Below are positions 1-13,460 of a DNA stretch of 64,000 nucleotides, piece by piece. The DNA is from Acanthaster planci. Taxonomy: Eukaryota. The translations under genes were made by a program, and so were the position numbers. The notes beneath the pieces were generated by a model. It did not search any database and was not told the DNA's origin. It worked only from the letters and a program-made list of their open reading frames with translations. The first letter of the stretch is position 1, and each line of letters opens with the position of its first letter. The stretch is taken from contig NW_019091356.1 in the NCBI RefSeq assembly GCF_001949145.1, forward strand, positions 1,054,789 through 1,118,788, given 5' to 3'.

Positions 1-1198
1 TTATGTCCACACAGCAACAGACAAAGTTGGACAAATCCTTTCCTGACAATAAACAGTCTTTGGGAAGCTTTTATTTACTCACCCGCCCTAATGGAACATA
101 AAGATAAGACATCAATTACCAAAGAACTAAATAGAAGCCTTGCTCAATCATTGCATTGACGCACACTCGTGAAATAGTTTAACATTTACAATGCATGAGG
201 TATGTTATTGTGTGCAAGAACTTTTTTACAGAACCATATTTTATGAGTTCACTTAGTCCAAGGACAAAACAACTATTAGCTTTTTCCATCACTCCATTCC
301 AATATTTCCAATTAACAACTGTAACACTTAGGTTTTTTCACGTTCATAACTTTTCTGCTATTGGAAATTTCTCAGTAAAAAAAGAAACTTTAAAATTTGA
401 AACCTAAATTTGTTTGTTCTTTAGTAAGTTTGCAGTAGTGATATTTAATATTTATGGCTTGGTTGAGCCGAGTCTTTGTTTAGTTTGAGTTAAAGAAATT
501 TAACATTGACTTTAAGAATGTCTGTGAAATCCCACGCCATGTTCACCGAAATACGACTTCCAAAGACTGCTTTCAATATAAAAACATCAGCATAAATCAT
601 CTTTGGGCAGGAAGAACTCTTTCAGGTAACTGAAAAACAAGTAGTCATGTCCAACATCTGACTTCGACCGTACCCAACTCTTCCAACTTTTAACCTGAGC
701 TGCACATTTACGCAGTGAATCTTTGAGTCGATTAATCATAGGCGAGGACATTACTACTATTGCACAGGCATGAACTCATATACAATGTATTCAACTTGTA
801 TGACAGCACTTCCTTCAGAAAGTAACAAATTAGTACAAATGTTTAGAAATTAATCATGGGCTGATTCATGATCAGACTAGAGATGTTGACACTGTGTTAG
901 TTCGACACTAAAACAGATTTGAATGATGCCTTTCAATGCTACTGGACGATCAGGATATCCATGACGGCCAGGATTGCAATGGCATGACCATTTAATACAT
1001 TTGGAAATTCAACATTTTGAAAGAACAAGCACCTTCTTATCTTAATACCTTTAATTGTGAAAAGTTCTTTCCTTCCAATTTCAGAAACGTATTCCAGTCC
1101 TGTTAGATTAGGGTATAGTAAATGGACATGATGGATTTTGGAATGGATGATTACGGGGGAGGGGGAAAGTTAACAGGGGTTTGAACTGTTTCACGAAC

Positions 1199-3241
1199 CT
1201 GCATCTGCGTAGGGTTGATGCCGCTGACTTGGTGTATTTCCTGTTTCGGTGCTTTCGCCAAAATCCACAGTGGAGCCAGTCGTAGAGATGGAGGCCTGGG
1301 TGAAACGACTCTGGCTGAGGCTGGCGGCTGAAAGGTGGAGGCAAGGAATGAGGGAAAATAAAAACCATCTGTTATTGTCCAGCATAAAAGGTGGAAGTAA
1401 TTACCAGCCTTCTATTGCAAATACTGTGCTCACTGTCAGTTGCCAGGACTTGGCTCTGAAACGCATGGGAGCCACTTGCTGAACTTTGCAGCATGAACGG
1501 TGCCAGTGAGGATTAGCAGCTACTGTGGGAGGCCAATTAAGAGTAGCTTTTCCATTCTTTAAGAAAAGACATGCTTTTACAGCTCCTACATAATGGCAGG
1601 TGTTGAGATTTGAGATGCCATGTTGAATAGATGGTTTAGCAGTCACTCATGAATATGCAGGACAAAATGTTGACTGACTTCAGCCAAGAAAAAGAAACTT
1701 GGATTATAAGTAATTTTCATTGTGCTTTAAATGCTTTAATAATTCTGATAAAAAATCAACTCCAGCACAGTTTCCCTTAATATTGTTATTCTTAAGGTTC
1801 ATATTAATTTTGTACACAATTTCGCTCCAATAGTTTCATTTTTTTTGGTTTAAATGCCTGTGGGTCAAACCCAATGTAACACCAACCTTCCGTTTTGGAC
1901 CTCTCGACCGGAAATCTACTGTATGGAGGTGGCGGCGATTCTACAATGCAACACACAAAAAAAAAAACACAGGAGAGAGAAAACGTAAGAAATTCCTACT
2001 AACACTGTGTCTGTGTGTGTGGAGGTCAGCATTATGAGAAGACAGAAAGGGGAGAAAAAAAATGCTGGAGCATCCCCGCTGTGCACGAATAGACAAGCCA
2101 GGCCTGGCAGCGCTGTTAATTGAGGCGAAAGACTCCGGCTTGATCGGCACATAAATAACCGCGGCGCCATGTTGGTAAATCGAATGCGTGACTCAATAGC
2201 GAGCCCTGCAGCCAAGCCAGCCAGCTCGAGCGAGCCACCCAGGCGGGGCCCGCTATGGCGCGCGCCAAGGCATGCTTGCCTAGCCTCGCCTCACCAATGC
2301 ATTTATAAATTCACAATTAAAATCGCTTGCATGTTTATACTTTTCCAGGTTAAGTCATCCACGGACAGTGGAAGGAAACTCCAACAGTGGAATGCAAAAA
2401 TCATACACAATTTACAATCGATTCGAAATTCTAACATGAATGCTTGAAATTTCTATAGGCGTCTCTCAGCGCTGCGGACCGATCAATCATTGGCATGGAA
2501 CTTCAATGATTAAAAACGTCTAGAAAAATCCCTCTGTAAAAGATGTCAGACATAGAAGACATTCCCATTCTATAACAACATGGTGAACGTGTCGAATTCT
2601 TTGATCTTCAGTGAAACATGTGAAAGATATGTGAAAGAAAAATCGGTTAAAAAGTGGGTGCGATGCGGCACATGGAAGTTTAGCGACTTCTTACGTGCAC
2701 GTGCCGGCTGTCAGGTCATTTTTCCTCAACTGGCTGTAGTGTTCATTTTCTCGTTCGTGAATCTGCAAAAATTTGTCCGAATTTTTTCCTTCTTACCTGG
2801 CTGACACAAACGGCTGAGATGATAAGGGTTGCAGCATACATTTCCTGAGCTAAGGTCTTCCAAATCCCGGTCGGATTGACAGCAGAAATGAAGTCTCTTG
2901 AGTTCGGCAGCATGTTTGAGATCAGGCCAGCGGTAGAGCTGACAGCACAACACGTGCGGCAGCGTGGTCCGTCCCCTCCCCAGCCGTATCTCCCCCTTGG
3001 GTAGGGGGACACAGGCGGTGGTAGTGGTTCCACGGCTTTCCACGGCATCGAGCAACAGCTCAAGTTGCCGGTCCTTGAGTCGTTTCAGGAGGCTGTGGGC
3101 GGCTGATTTGAACTCGGAGTCGATCTCCGAGTCGCGGTCGAATCCCTGACTATCGGGGCCTTGTTCGCCGGTGGGGCAAGCACCACCACCACGGCTCCTC
3201 CAGAGTCGCCGGATAAGTACCGTGCGCTTGGACTTGAACAT
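1199..3241 (-). CDS. Smad6/7: Inhibitory Smad (Smad6/7 family), 5' partial: N-terminus, degenerate MH1 and PY linker; MH2 exon(s) lie beyond the left edge
   Basis: Exons 3241-2797, 1940-1887 and 1327-1199, all GT-AG and phase 1. The N-terminus MFKSKRTVLIRRLWRSR matches the I-Smad start (SMAD6 MFRSKRSGLVRRLWRSR). Also present: LLKRLKDRQLELLLDAVESRG, LYRWPDLKH, CCNPYHLSRLCQP/ESPPPPYSR (Smurf-binding PY motif). Exon 3 (GESTETGNT) is less certain than exons 1-2. No MH2 signature in 1-1198. Confidence 0.95.
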
Positions 3242-3904
3242 GCGACATAGGATTGGAGCACACGGTCATAGCCCACGGAGTCTCTCAATGACCATTCCAT
3301 ACGCTGGACCCCTCAAAGCAAGTTAAATCCACTCCGATCTCGCGGCATTCAAGGTAGGTAGAATCATGCAGCAGCAAGGGGCTGGCATGAACGCACCGGC
3401 CCTGCTCGGTTGAGTGGTGGTTGATGAGGGCCTTGCTGTACGGCAATCCAGCTCTTAACACAGTATCTCTTTCCACACACCATTCGTTATCTCGGTAATG
3501 AATGCTCACCCAGCGTGCCTGGCTAAGCCTTATGTGTAGGTTCACCCCCGCGGTCAGATCGCGTCGTCATACGGTTGGGCCACAGTCAGTGCGTTGGCCT
3601 ACTCCGCGGCAAGGTGACGCCAGCACAGCGCCTCGCATCCACAACCCGATTACGTACACTTCCGCAGCACCAATGCGAGGACAAATCCCACTGGTACATG
3701 CATCAGGCTATCCTGGATCGTCCACAGTCACGATCTCCAACTTACAACTTCCATGCAGAGGAAAAAAGATCAAGAATCACAACACTAGGCACGATAATAA
3801 CACGCGCACATGTGACCCAAACCATGTACAACGTACATCTGAAGAAAATGTACACGAGAATTTTTCTTACTACACTGAATTATGAGCTCACAGCTACGCG
3901 CGCT

Positions 3905-3950
3905 CTGATTGGCTAGCTTTGGTCACGGGACGTCTAGACATTTTGGCGCG
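3905..3950 (-). promoter_or_regulatory. Putative Smad6/7 proximal promoter: palindromic Smad-binding element GTCTAGAC (3932-3939), CCAAT box (3905-3912) and GC-rich GGCGCG
   Basis: The gene strand reads TGTCTAGACGTCCCGTGACC...GCCAATCAG, about 690 bp upstream of the ATG in a CpG-rich stretch. GTCTAGAC is the established Smad3/Smad4 palindrome of the vertebrate Smad7 promoter. Confidence 0.6.
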
Positions 3951-4289
3951 GCTCGAGTCTGAAATGATTGTTGAGCAAATAACATGGCGCTGTCCCAAAG
4001 ATCGCAGCTACTCCCTCCGGTGAGGCATAGGGACCGCCTTCAATCATGCCGAACGTAGTCACACACGCTGTGCCAGCATCAATGCAGCGAAATTAAATAA
4101 AGGTGACAAACTTGATCTTGCAAAAATGGCATGAACAAAAAACAAAACAAAATAAAATACGAACAAACCTACGCGGTTATTGACCTTTTGTCTGGAGTGA
4201 AACAGTGTCCGGATTGCACGTTCGAGCATGTACCAAATGATGTAGGCCCTAGTGACACTCCCGGTTAAAATTAATACAAAAGATTTGTT

Positions 4290-4340
4290 TTCATAAATGT
4301 CACGAGAATTAAAACTTTCAATTCTCGTGACATTTATGAA
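4290..4340. repeat. Perfect 21-bp inverted repeat with 9-nt loop
   Basis: ttcataaatgtcacgagaatt (4290-4310) and aattctcgtgacatttatgaa (4320-4340). Confidence 0.9.
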
Positions 4341-4570
4341 TCTTTATCTTGACTTTATTGCCATTTACTTCATAATTGAAATCGACATGGACGTGTAAAT
4401 TCATCGTATGACAAAACAATCAAGGAAAACACTGACACCACCATGGCCGAACCAAAAGAATTAAAGCTTGTGACTAAACCATTAGACATTCTTCATAGAC
4501 ATATGACTAGGGGTATCATAATACATAGTTCATGACGTCGAAATTATCATTTTTTTCAAGCCATTTTAAA

Positions 4571-4609
4571 AAGGTTCTTCTAAAAGGTTCTTCTAAAGGT
4601 TCTTCTAAA
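4571..4609. repeat. Short tandem repeat, 3 x (aaggttcttcta + a/aa)
   Basis: aaggttcttctaa aaggttcttcta aaggttcttctaaa read directly. Confidence 0.85.
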
Positions 4610-7497
4610 ATCTAGTCATTTACTTAGGTCCACCATGAAAGATTCCTCTAATCTATGGGCCCGCAGCTACAAACTCCACCCCAAAACTCGGAGGTCTTGC
4701 CTTGCATGCATTTCGCTAGAACGCGATAACGAAGTTGACGCGAGGAACGTGAATGAAATCCCGCGATCATGAGTGCAATTATCAAAGTCATACATTAACG
4801 TCGATCGCTTCATGAATCTATGGCCATATCTCACGTGCATGGGCGGGGCTAGAGGTCGCTGGGAGAAAGCATGTCACATTGTCATTAAACAAACCACAAA
4901 TATCGAAATCAGGTTTCATTTTTGAAAACTCTTTGTATCTGCACTTTCAAATAGAAACAAGACCTTGGAATGCAGGATTCACCACTGCACACAGAAAGCC
5001 CGAAGGCGTAGTCTTCAAACCACCCAGGTATAGGTGGTGTACTTTTCAACACTGTACAAAAAAAGAACAGCGTCATATGATTTAAAAGAATTAGCAGTGA
5101 TCAACATTACGAGAGAAAGATGATCATGCATAGCCCCTTTAAAATCTTCGCATAAATGCGGCGCGTCAGGGAGGCACCGTTAGCGAGGCAGCAGCGACGC
5201 ACTTCGGCCCCACGGGCAAAACGGTTCTTCGGAGGTGTTTCCGGAACTCCGACACGTCCGTGCATTTTTGGGGGCTAATTTACGTATTACTATGGTATTA
5301 ATATTACCCACGCGTTGTTGTCCCCTTTCAGAGAGGAGATCTGCGAGTCCTTGTTTTCGTCTTTAGGCCAAAGGGCCAGGTTTAAGGAGAAAGAAAAAAA
5401 TAAAAAGAGAAACTTTCTTCATCTCCCCAGGCCGACCGACTCACTTGAGAATACCAAGAAATTGTCTAGATGGCTCGTCTGCCAGTCTGACCCTACAAGA
5501 AGGCTACCTCTAAGTGATCAAAAGTTAAGACCTGGAATTTGAAAAGGCTGTATAAATGTTAAGACTTTAAAAGCCGTGTGTTTAATCCTGTTACCACGCA
5601 CTGAAGTGGTGCACTTTTAATGAGTAGGCCCACATGTTTGCAGCGTATCATTGAGTTCCAAGTGATATACGACCTTTGTTGTAAGGGATCAAAAACTAAT
5701 TCGCTTTGTGAAAATGGTTTCGGAAAAATGTTCGTCGCGGTCCGAAAAGATAAGCTTACTTTAAGTTCAACATCGCCGGGTATGCGAGGGACGCGCAGCG
5801 TCCATCTCGTCGGTGAACTTACTTCAGGGGGAGGAAGTGTGATTGTTGAGAATGATGACAAGTTTCAAAGATCGTCCTCCACACGAGCGACTCCAGCTCC
5901 TGTTCCGCTTCGGAGAAAATGCAGTGTTCCGCTGTTGCGACTTAAGCGCGTGGCTTTTTCGGGGAACAATTATATTATTTATTGACATATTTATAAATTT
6001 GAGATCTATTTGCGAGGGTTCAGGTAGGAGAACAGACTACACTGTGGGGTTCATTGTGAGTAATAATCATTGATTGTAAGGCAAAACCAGTGACACGTGG
6101 TTCATCACCAAGGTACGGTTCTTTCCGCTGAACTATCGGAAATCAACTCCTATGCCATCCCCAGACAATGGAACGATTTTTTTGTTGCAGTAAATTGTAT
6201 ACATTTTTGGCGACGGTCGCGCATGCACGCACGCAGGCGACGGGGAAGAGGTGATTTTTCAAAGGGTGTCGCCCCGAGCTATCAATGGTTTGGGGTTGGT
6301 CCAACAGACTGTGGCAGGATGCGCCGATACGGCGGAGCCTTCCATTCAACGCGGTCTTTTGTCGAAACCTATGTCACCGTCCCGAGTCACTGGCGGAACA
6401 CTGACCAAAATCCACGGGCCCATTGTCCTGGGGATCTTCTCGGCGCCCACTGGTGTCAAAAGGCTTTGGAGGTTCTGACGGTGAACTGACAAAAAAAACC
6501 AAGCGGATGAGGATTCGGTATGACCGGTAGAGTTGAGGCAAAGTGGCGTCCAGAGGCATCCGTATCAACACTACAGGATAGCTGCAGGTCACTCGGAACC
6601 TGCAGACAGTACTTGAAATCTTTCATTCGGTCTCGGATAAACTTGGATCAAGAGCATTAGAATCTAAAACTGCCGAATCTCACGTTCCCAGAAATGCTTA
6701 TCATGTTGACTTCGAGAAAAATGATAATACAAAGGAAATAAAGCAATGATCATAAAGCAGAAGGGTAAATTAAGTTAAGTTTGTTATTCTGTCTGATGAA
6801 GCGCAGGGCTTTTTTCCTGCAAATTTCGAATTTAAGACTCTAGGCCTACACCGTGTTTATCAAAGCTGCTTGGTATTTCACTTTTAAACAGTTAGGCTGA
6901 TCTAATCGTTTCATGAAGGCTCAGCCTATTCCGTTGAACTGCAAAATAAGAAGGGAGACATATCTAGTTGAACCACAAGGAAAAGTCATCATTTCGTGTA
7001 GTTGATGCTTATTGTATAATGTCACCAATCTAATTGCTACATTCGAAAGCTTAGACTCAGTTCAAGCAGTTTATGGGCTGTCTGAAGTTGAAGTTTGAAA
7101 CACGAAGTCTCGAAGATATTCGTTGGTATTGGGGATACGGATTTTTTTCTTAACTTGATCGTGTAACATTGGTTTAAAATCGATTAGAATACTGGATATA
7201 TTGACAACTAATTTAGCACTGAAATTTAATGACGAACTTTTCAATTGATTTATCAACTAATTTATTATTAGCTAAAACTATTCTGTTATATGAAGAGAAT
7301 TCATGTGCTGAAGAAACTAATTCTACCGTTCATGAAACACAGTCCCTTTTATCAAAATTTGATTTGCATGCTCGTGAGTGAGACGTTAGCTTTGTTCAGA
7401 AGATCCCCAAGTGTCAACTCGCTCGGTTTATCTTTTCAATGAGAAGCAACGCCCGCCCTCTTGCGGTTGTTTCTGCTTGTTCTAATAACTCACTGAC

Positions 7498-7512
7498 GGC
7501 GCCATCATGTCG
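7498..7512 (+). promoter_or_regulatory. Candidate BMP-Smad activation element GGCGCC-N5-GNCV
   Basis: GGCGCC ATCAT GTCG fits the Mad/Medea activation-element consensus GGCGYC(N5)GNCV. It lies between Smad6/7 and GTF2A2. Motif match only. Confidence 0.35.
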
Positions 7513-8549
7513 TCGTCGGTAATTTCACAGAGCGTTCACTACAAAACGACAATGGGAAGGATGCGACCTTAATGAGCCAGCAACTTAGTTAAACCCCGAG
7601 ACATTTTTTTTATAAATGATTTTTTCTCAAGCACTCAACAACCACATCAAAGCTTTCAATTTAAAAGCAATTCAATAATACATTTTCTGTTTTTTTATGG
7701 TTGATTTTTCTTGGGTTATATATTTGCTTTTTAACCTGACTTTTGGACCAATATTAGTTTATCCAGTATCTAAGTTCTTTCAATTCTTACTTCATTATTG
7801 ATATATCACAACAGTTTTAATGAACTAAAATAATTCAAAAATTAGAAAGTAAATGTAGTTATTAGTGGAGTAGTTTCTCCCGCCTACAAAAGGATCAGGA
7901 TTTCATTCATTTATCTCCAACACCTTCTCTTTTGAAAAAAGTGGCCGTGCGAGCAATTTTTCCCACTTAAATGAATTATCACACGCATACATGTTTCATA
8001 TTGTCATGGACGTGTTGTGTAGGTAATAAAAGGAACGAGTTTCAGTGTTCTACCATTCCAACAATTCAGTTAAAAAAAGCGATTGTACGAAGTTGAAGTT
8101 TCCTTATCAACAGTAAAAGCAGCAAAATAAAGGTAGAAGTTTGTAACTGTTAAAAATGAAAAATGATGTCAAGGCATCGTACCAAACCTGGCAAATAGAA
8201 AGAGACAGAGCGTACTGTCGAGCATTCTCCCAATTAGCCCCAGGGTCGAGATTCATTAGATTTTTTTGGAGGGAGTGGCTAATGGTTACGGAACATTTGG
8301 CACTGATTACATCTTAAAGTGATTTTCTTGGGATATTGTGGTTGCTCTTTCCACTTCGACGAAACTCTGTAGGGGCTCAATGATAGCGACCCTTACAGGC
8401 ACGGTGGGAACGCCTCTGTTTTCCAACTCTTCTGCGGACGAATGGCGCCCTCTTAACTCGAACACATCGGCTTGTATGAGGGCGCTCTTCATCACCAACA
8501 CTTTCCTGATCCTATAAAGATCCGCGAGTCGCGCGGCAATTTCCGCACA

Positions 8550-10523
8550 ATGAGCTACCAATTCTACCGAAATACTTCGCTTGGAAACAGTCTACAGGAA
8601 AGTTTAGACGAGCTAATTCAGGTGAGCATCATATATAAACGTCCAAGTTCCATGTCACCTTTCAAATTATCTTCCAGTTTGAGGTTGGAAGGTTTATTTT
8701 CCTGGCCAAAAACTGGACGTCGCTTCGTGCCCGTAGGGCCCTACTCTTTTGTTTCTTATTTCGTTTCACATGTACCACGGGTCCTATTCCTAATCCTATG
8801 TTTTTATCGAAAGCATGTATTGCGAGTCGGGTGGGGGTGAGTTGTCCTCCATTTGATTGGGTTCGACTCGAAGAAGAAGGTGTACACTGGCCCCGACACA
8901 CCTGCAACAGTGTATCCTGTTTGAGGAGTTTGCAGTACCAAGAAGAAATTTGATGGAGTGGGGGGTGGTATAAATTGGTGCTGGGAGGTCACTGATATCT
9001 CGGAATGATTAGGCCTGTATTAATTGCCTAGCTAACATGTAATTAGAAGGTTAATTCATCTCAACTATTGATCGATCCTGTAGAAGATTTTAGACTTTAC
9101 TTTTTTCCAAAATCTCTTAAAGAGTTCTTTATGTGGACATCACTTGACAGCTGTCTGCACAAAGCCTGGTATAAAATGGTTTGAAAAATTGTATTTTCTA
9201 AGTGCTTTAATATTTTCCCAGCTGCATGTTAATTTGATTTTTTAGGAAATGTTATTGCTTTCTGGTACATGTAGTTGATATACCACTGGAGGGAAAAATC
9301 GGGGAAAGAATTCCATGTATGGATGCCGCTTGACGCCCTGTGCACAGACCCTATGAGCCTGTTAAAAAGTCTGTTTTCTAAAGTGAATACCTCAATATTT
9401 TCACTGCTTAGGACACTTTATTGCTTTCAGATGACTAATGCACGTAGCACACTGTAAGGAAAATTTAATGGCATCCAATGCCGTCCATATATTGAATTCT
9501 TGCCCAAATTGCTAAGAACCATGAGTTTGAAAGACAAATGATTGTTTGATGGCAGAAGGATTGATTGATAGTGCCACTAGATCAGCTGATGCCACAGCAA
9601 TCATGCAAATCCACCAATAAGCTTCTTGCGGTAATGTGCACCATCTTGTGCATGGGGCAAAAAGAACATGCATTGTTGAGCACGCCCTTCCATCAAAGTG
9701 TTTGGCGCTTCTAAGTCAACCAGCATTCATTCTGGTATCTAGCAACGCCTGTTCTTTTTTGCCCTGTGGACAAGATGGTGCATAATACCGTCAAAATGCT
9801 TATTGTGCCAACATCCTCAACTCAAAATAGCGAACATCCGATGTTAAATTGTTTTCTTTGTTCTGCCTTTTTAAAACAGACTCAACAGATCTCCCCTAAT
9901 CTTGCTCTGACCGTGCTTCTTAAGTTTGATCGCGCCATCAACGATGCGTTATCAAACAGATTACGCAACAAATTCTCATTCAAGGTGGGTTCCCCGAAAA
10001 CAGAAAAAAAAAACCTCTTTAGAAACCAATTGTTGGAATTAGAAATTCACTCTGTGAATATTCTTCACCGCACATGCCTGTCATGTTTTGTTAGTGATGA
10101 TGCCTGTCATGTTTTGTTAGTAATGGTGCCGTGCAGTAATCAGTTCCACCTAGTGTGGGACTGGATATCAGGCTGAACTATTCAGTGATTGGTTGAAATC
10201 TCTCTCATACTTTGAAATATAGCTTTGGTTTTTTTGCTGATCAGAAATGTAGTGCTCAGTATATTTTGGTAAATAAAATGTTGAGCCCTATTGTTCTGGA
10301 AGTAACATTCCATGCATAAGCATTTTGACTAGGAAAGCTAAGTTGTAGATGACATTTTTGTTTGGCTGTGTCGTTATAGGGTCACCTGAACACGTACCGT
10401 TTCTGTGACAATGTCTGGACCTTCGTGCTGAATGACGCCGAGTTTCGCAATGGCGACTCAATCACCGTGAAAAAAGTCAAGATCGTTGCTGTTGATGGCA
10501 AGAATTCTGCACCTGCTGACTAG
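8550..10523 (+). CDS. GTF2A2: Transcription initiation factor IIA gamma subunit (106 aa)
   Basis: Exons 8550-8621, 9880-9984 and 10380-10523, phase-0 GT-AG introns. Translation: [82 protein letters not shown]...[10 protein letters not shown]...[10 protein letters not shown] is the TFIIA-gamma hallmark. Confidence 0.97.
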
Positions 10524-13460
10524 GCAGTCTCCCTCTGGTGCAGGATGGTGTAATACTGGTTGGTCAGACTTAATGACAAGGAATCGACTGCTTGTTTCTC
10601 CTACATCATGTTCACTTCCGTGGTCCATACACGGGCTCATGTATTAAGTTTTGCTCACAGGGCGTTGTCTGATGAAGAATTTCTTCTGTAACGAGCAACA
10701 AACCTTTTGATCAGAACAAGACCCTCTTGTTTCTTACCCTATTTTTTTCTTGTTTGTAATTTGTTGTGTGGTGTATAAGGCTGCAGAAGAGTTAATGTAG
10801 CAAACATGTATGTAGTGTTAAACTTAATCTGTTGGAAATTATCTGTGCCATCAGTTAATACTGTTTGAATTCCGAGGTGCCGACCTGAACTTCACTTTGC
10901 CTAAATTCTGTTGTACGTTGTAAATCTGTCTGGAAATTTGTCTTTAGTCACAGCTGGACAATTACCTGGCATGAATGATGTTACAGAAACACTTGTTAAA
11001 GATTATTTAGCATGTAAACTTGACAAATTGGAATTCAGAAATTGTGAGCTGTAGGCCAGCATTACACTCCATTTGAATGTGGCTAGGGTAAACTTGAGAC
11101 AGAAATGACATAGCCACAAAACAATCCCCGGGGGGTTTTGAGGTCCCCACAGCAACTATTTTGACTCGTCTTCAATCTCACCTGTAAGTAAAATGAGCCC
11201 AAATTTCCACCATTCCTTTATGCTGTGCCTTGCTGAGCAGCCAAGAAATCACAGAAACACTGAATTAATTCAGGATTTTAATTGGCTTTTATTTTTTTTG
11301 GGGGGGGGGAGAAGGAAAGGTGTAGTTTAGTTCTCCGTGAGGATTATGCCATATGCATGTTGCTATCTCCTCTGAATGGCTTAGTTGTGTTAACATTATC
11401 TACATGTACTTACTTTCATTTACAGCCAACTGTGCACAAGATTTTCCAGTAAGGAGGTTGTAGAAAAATAATGCTCTTATTGGGTGCAATCAGTCGATCT
11501 GCACGATTAGCGGATTGCTTTAAGTGATTGGTTAATTCTTCATGAAATCTCAAACTTGACCTCCCTTTTTTTGACACAGTCTTTCACAACTGTGAATAAG
11601 AAAAACAAGGCAATTGGTTGATGGCAGAATTGTCCACATATTATGCATTAAGATAAACTGATTGTGCAAAGACTGGGTGATCTTGCATATCGACTGGTTG
11701 CGCCCAACACTCTCATTTTGGTCAAAAAAGAACCAACCAGTAGATTAAGCCTTCCAAGTCATTCCTAAGAAATGTTGTAACTCAGTTTGGGAAGTACATG
11801 TTCACCAAGTTGAGGGTAACTCAGCATTTTCATTGGAAAGCCGGAGGGGAGGTTGCAGCTTGATTTGAAGTGGCCAAATACAGTCAGGAGTTCCGCATTT
11901 GTAATCCATTTGTCTGCATATCAAGCCTGTGATGGCGATCGGGTTCCTGAAATTGATCCCATTGGTCCCATTAATCAATCAAACTGAAGCACAGGTGCCT
12001 TGTTGGGGCTTGTGTGGGAGAGCTCATAGCAAGAGTTTCTGACAATCTTGGTGTCTTGATCAGTTGATGGCATTGGTAAAAAGAAAGTTGAAATGGTATT
12101 GAAAGTTCCAAGGAGCCCTTCAGCTCAAGTTCCCACAAGACCTTTTTCTATGACCCATTCCAGAAATGTTCACACTAGTTCTTATGTAATCTTAGTCAAT
12201 TTTCACCCTGATCACACCCCCCCCCCCCGATGTGGTGATGCTTCAGTTTGATGGACTTTGAAAGACCTTTTCCATCATGATGTATGAAAAATATTTCACT
12301 AAATGTTGAGCAGTTGAACCTCATTAGAGCACTGTGCAAGCAACATTCTGCTTATAGCAAGGAAATGTCTAAGCCCCAGTCCTTTGTTTCCATTCCAGAT
12401 AATACAAGGTCCCTGTGTAATACATGTATAAAAAGTCAAAAGGACCTCTTAATGAGACTGAACTGTACCCATCATTTAAAGCAAGATATAGGACGGAGAG
12501 AACCCCCCCGGCCTTTGTGTTGGTCATTGTTTGATCGGAATCNNNNNNNNNNNNNNNNNNNNNNNNNNNNNNNNNNNNNNNNNNNNNNNNNNNNNNNNNN
12601 NNNNNNNNNNNNNNNNNNNNNNNNNNNNNNNGGTAGTGTACCCATTGCTTTTTGTACACGTCCATCATTTACCTTAATATCCACCACAGATTAATATATT
12701 ACCATTAAATACTTGAAAACACTGACAGTCTTGTGTAATTTCTTTATTCTTGGATTGGTCTCTTAGAGTTGCTTTACGTTTTCTTTTTAGTGGTCATTAT
12801 GGGCCTAGAGGTAGCAGAATAATCCTCGAGGTACAATTTAATTGGTTGTGGCCTTCCAGCTGAATGGTATTACCTACATGCCTCCCACATAATGCCCACA
12901 CCCCACCTTGGTGACGGCAACATGTCTTCTGTGTGCAGTGTAACCAGTTGCCCAGATACCAACTTCTTGTTTTACAAGACTCGTAAATGCCAATTTCCTT
13001 GCTTACAATTTCCCATGTAACATCCTGGTCGTAAGTACATGGCAGTATGTCAGTTTCTTTCTCCGTCTCTCGCTGTCCCAGTGTCATTTTCGATGTGACA
13101 CATCAAGAACTTGGACAACACAGATCTTCATTTTTTCCTACTACTATCCTGGCAACACAATGCGCTCATTCCCAGCTGTTGGCTTGTCTCCATGGCAACG
13201 CATCTTTTGAGTCTGTTCATAGAATCAGTTCAAGCTGAGTTGAACAGCTTTTCATTTACTCTTCCCTACTGTCAAATCAACTCTGAAACGCACATCTAGC
13301 CTCCACTTCTCTCAAAAGTACTCTCTCCTCAGAAGTATCAAACAGTAACACTTCATGAGATCTTCACACAATGTCTTTTTTGCATCTCTCTAAATAATTC
13401 CCCTTCCCTGTGCTGGCAACGTTTTGTTGATCCCCTTTTCCCATCTCCAAGGTGACAATC

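Noticed and set aside
3945..3961. Schnurri-type silencer GRCGNC-N5-GTCT at the I-Smad promoter
   Set aside because: GGCGCGGCTCGAGTCTG has the wrong sixth base and spacing for the consensus.
5559..6592. Cluster of overlapping 70-130 aa ORFs upstream of Smad6/7
   Set aside because: No recognisable domains; explained by a GC-rich regulatory region with few stop codons.
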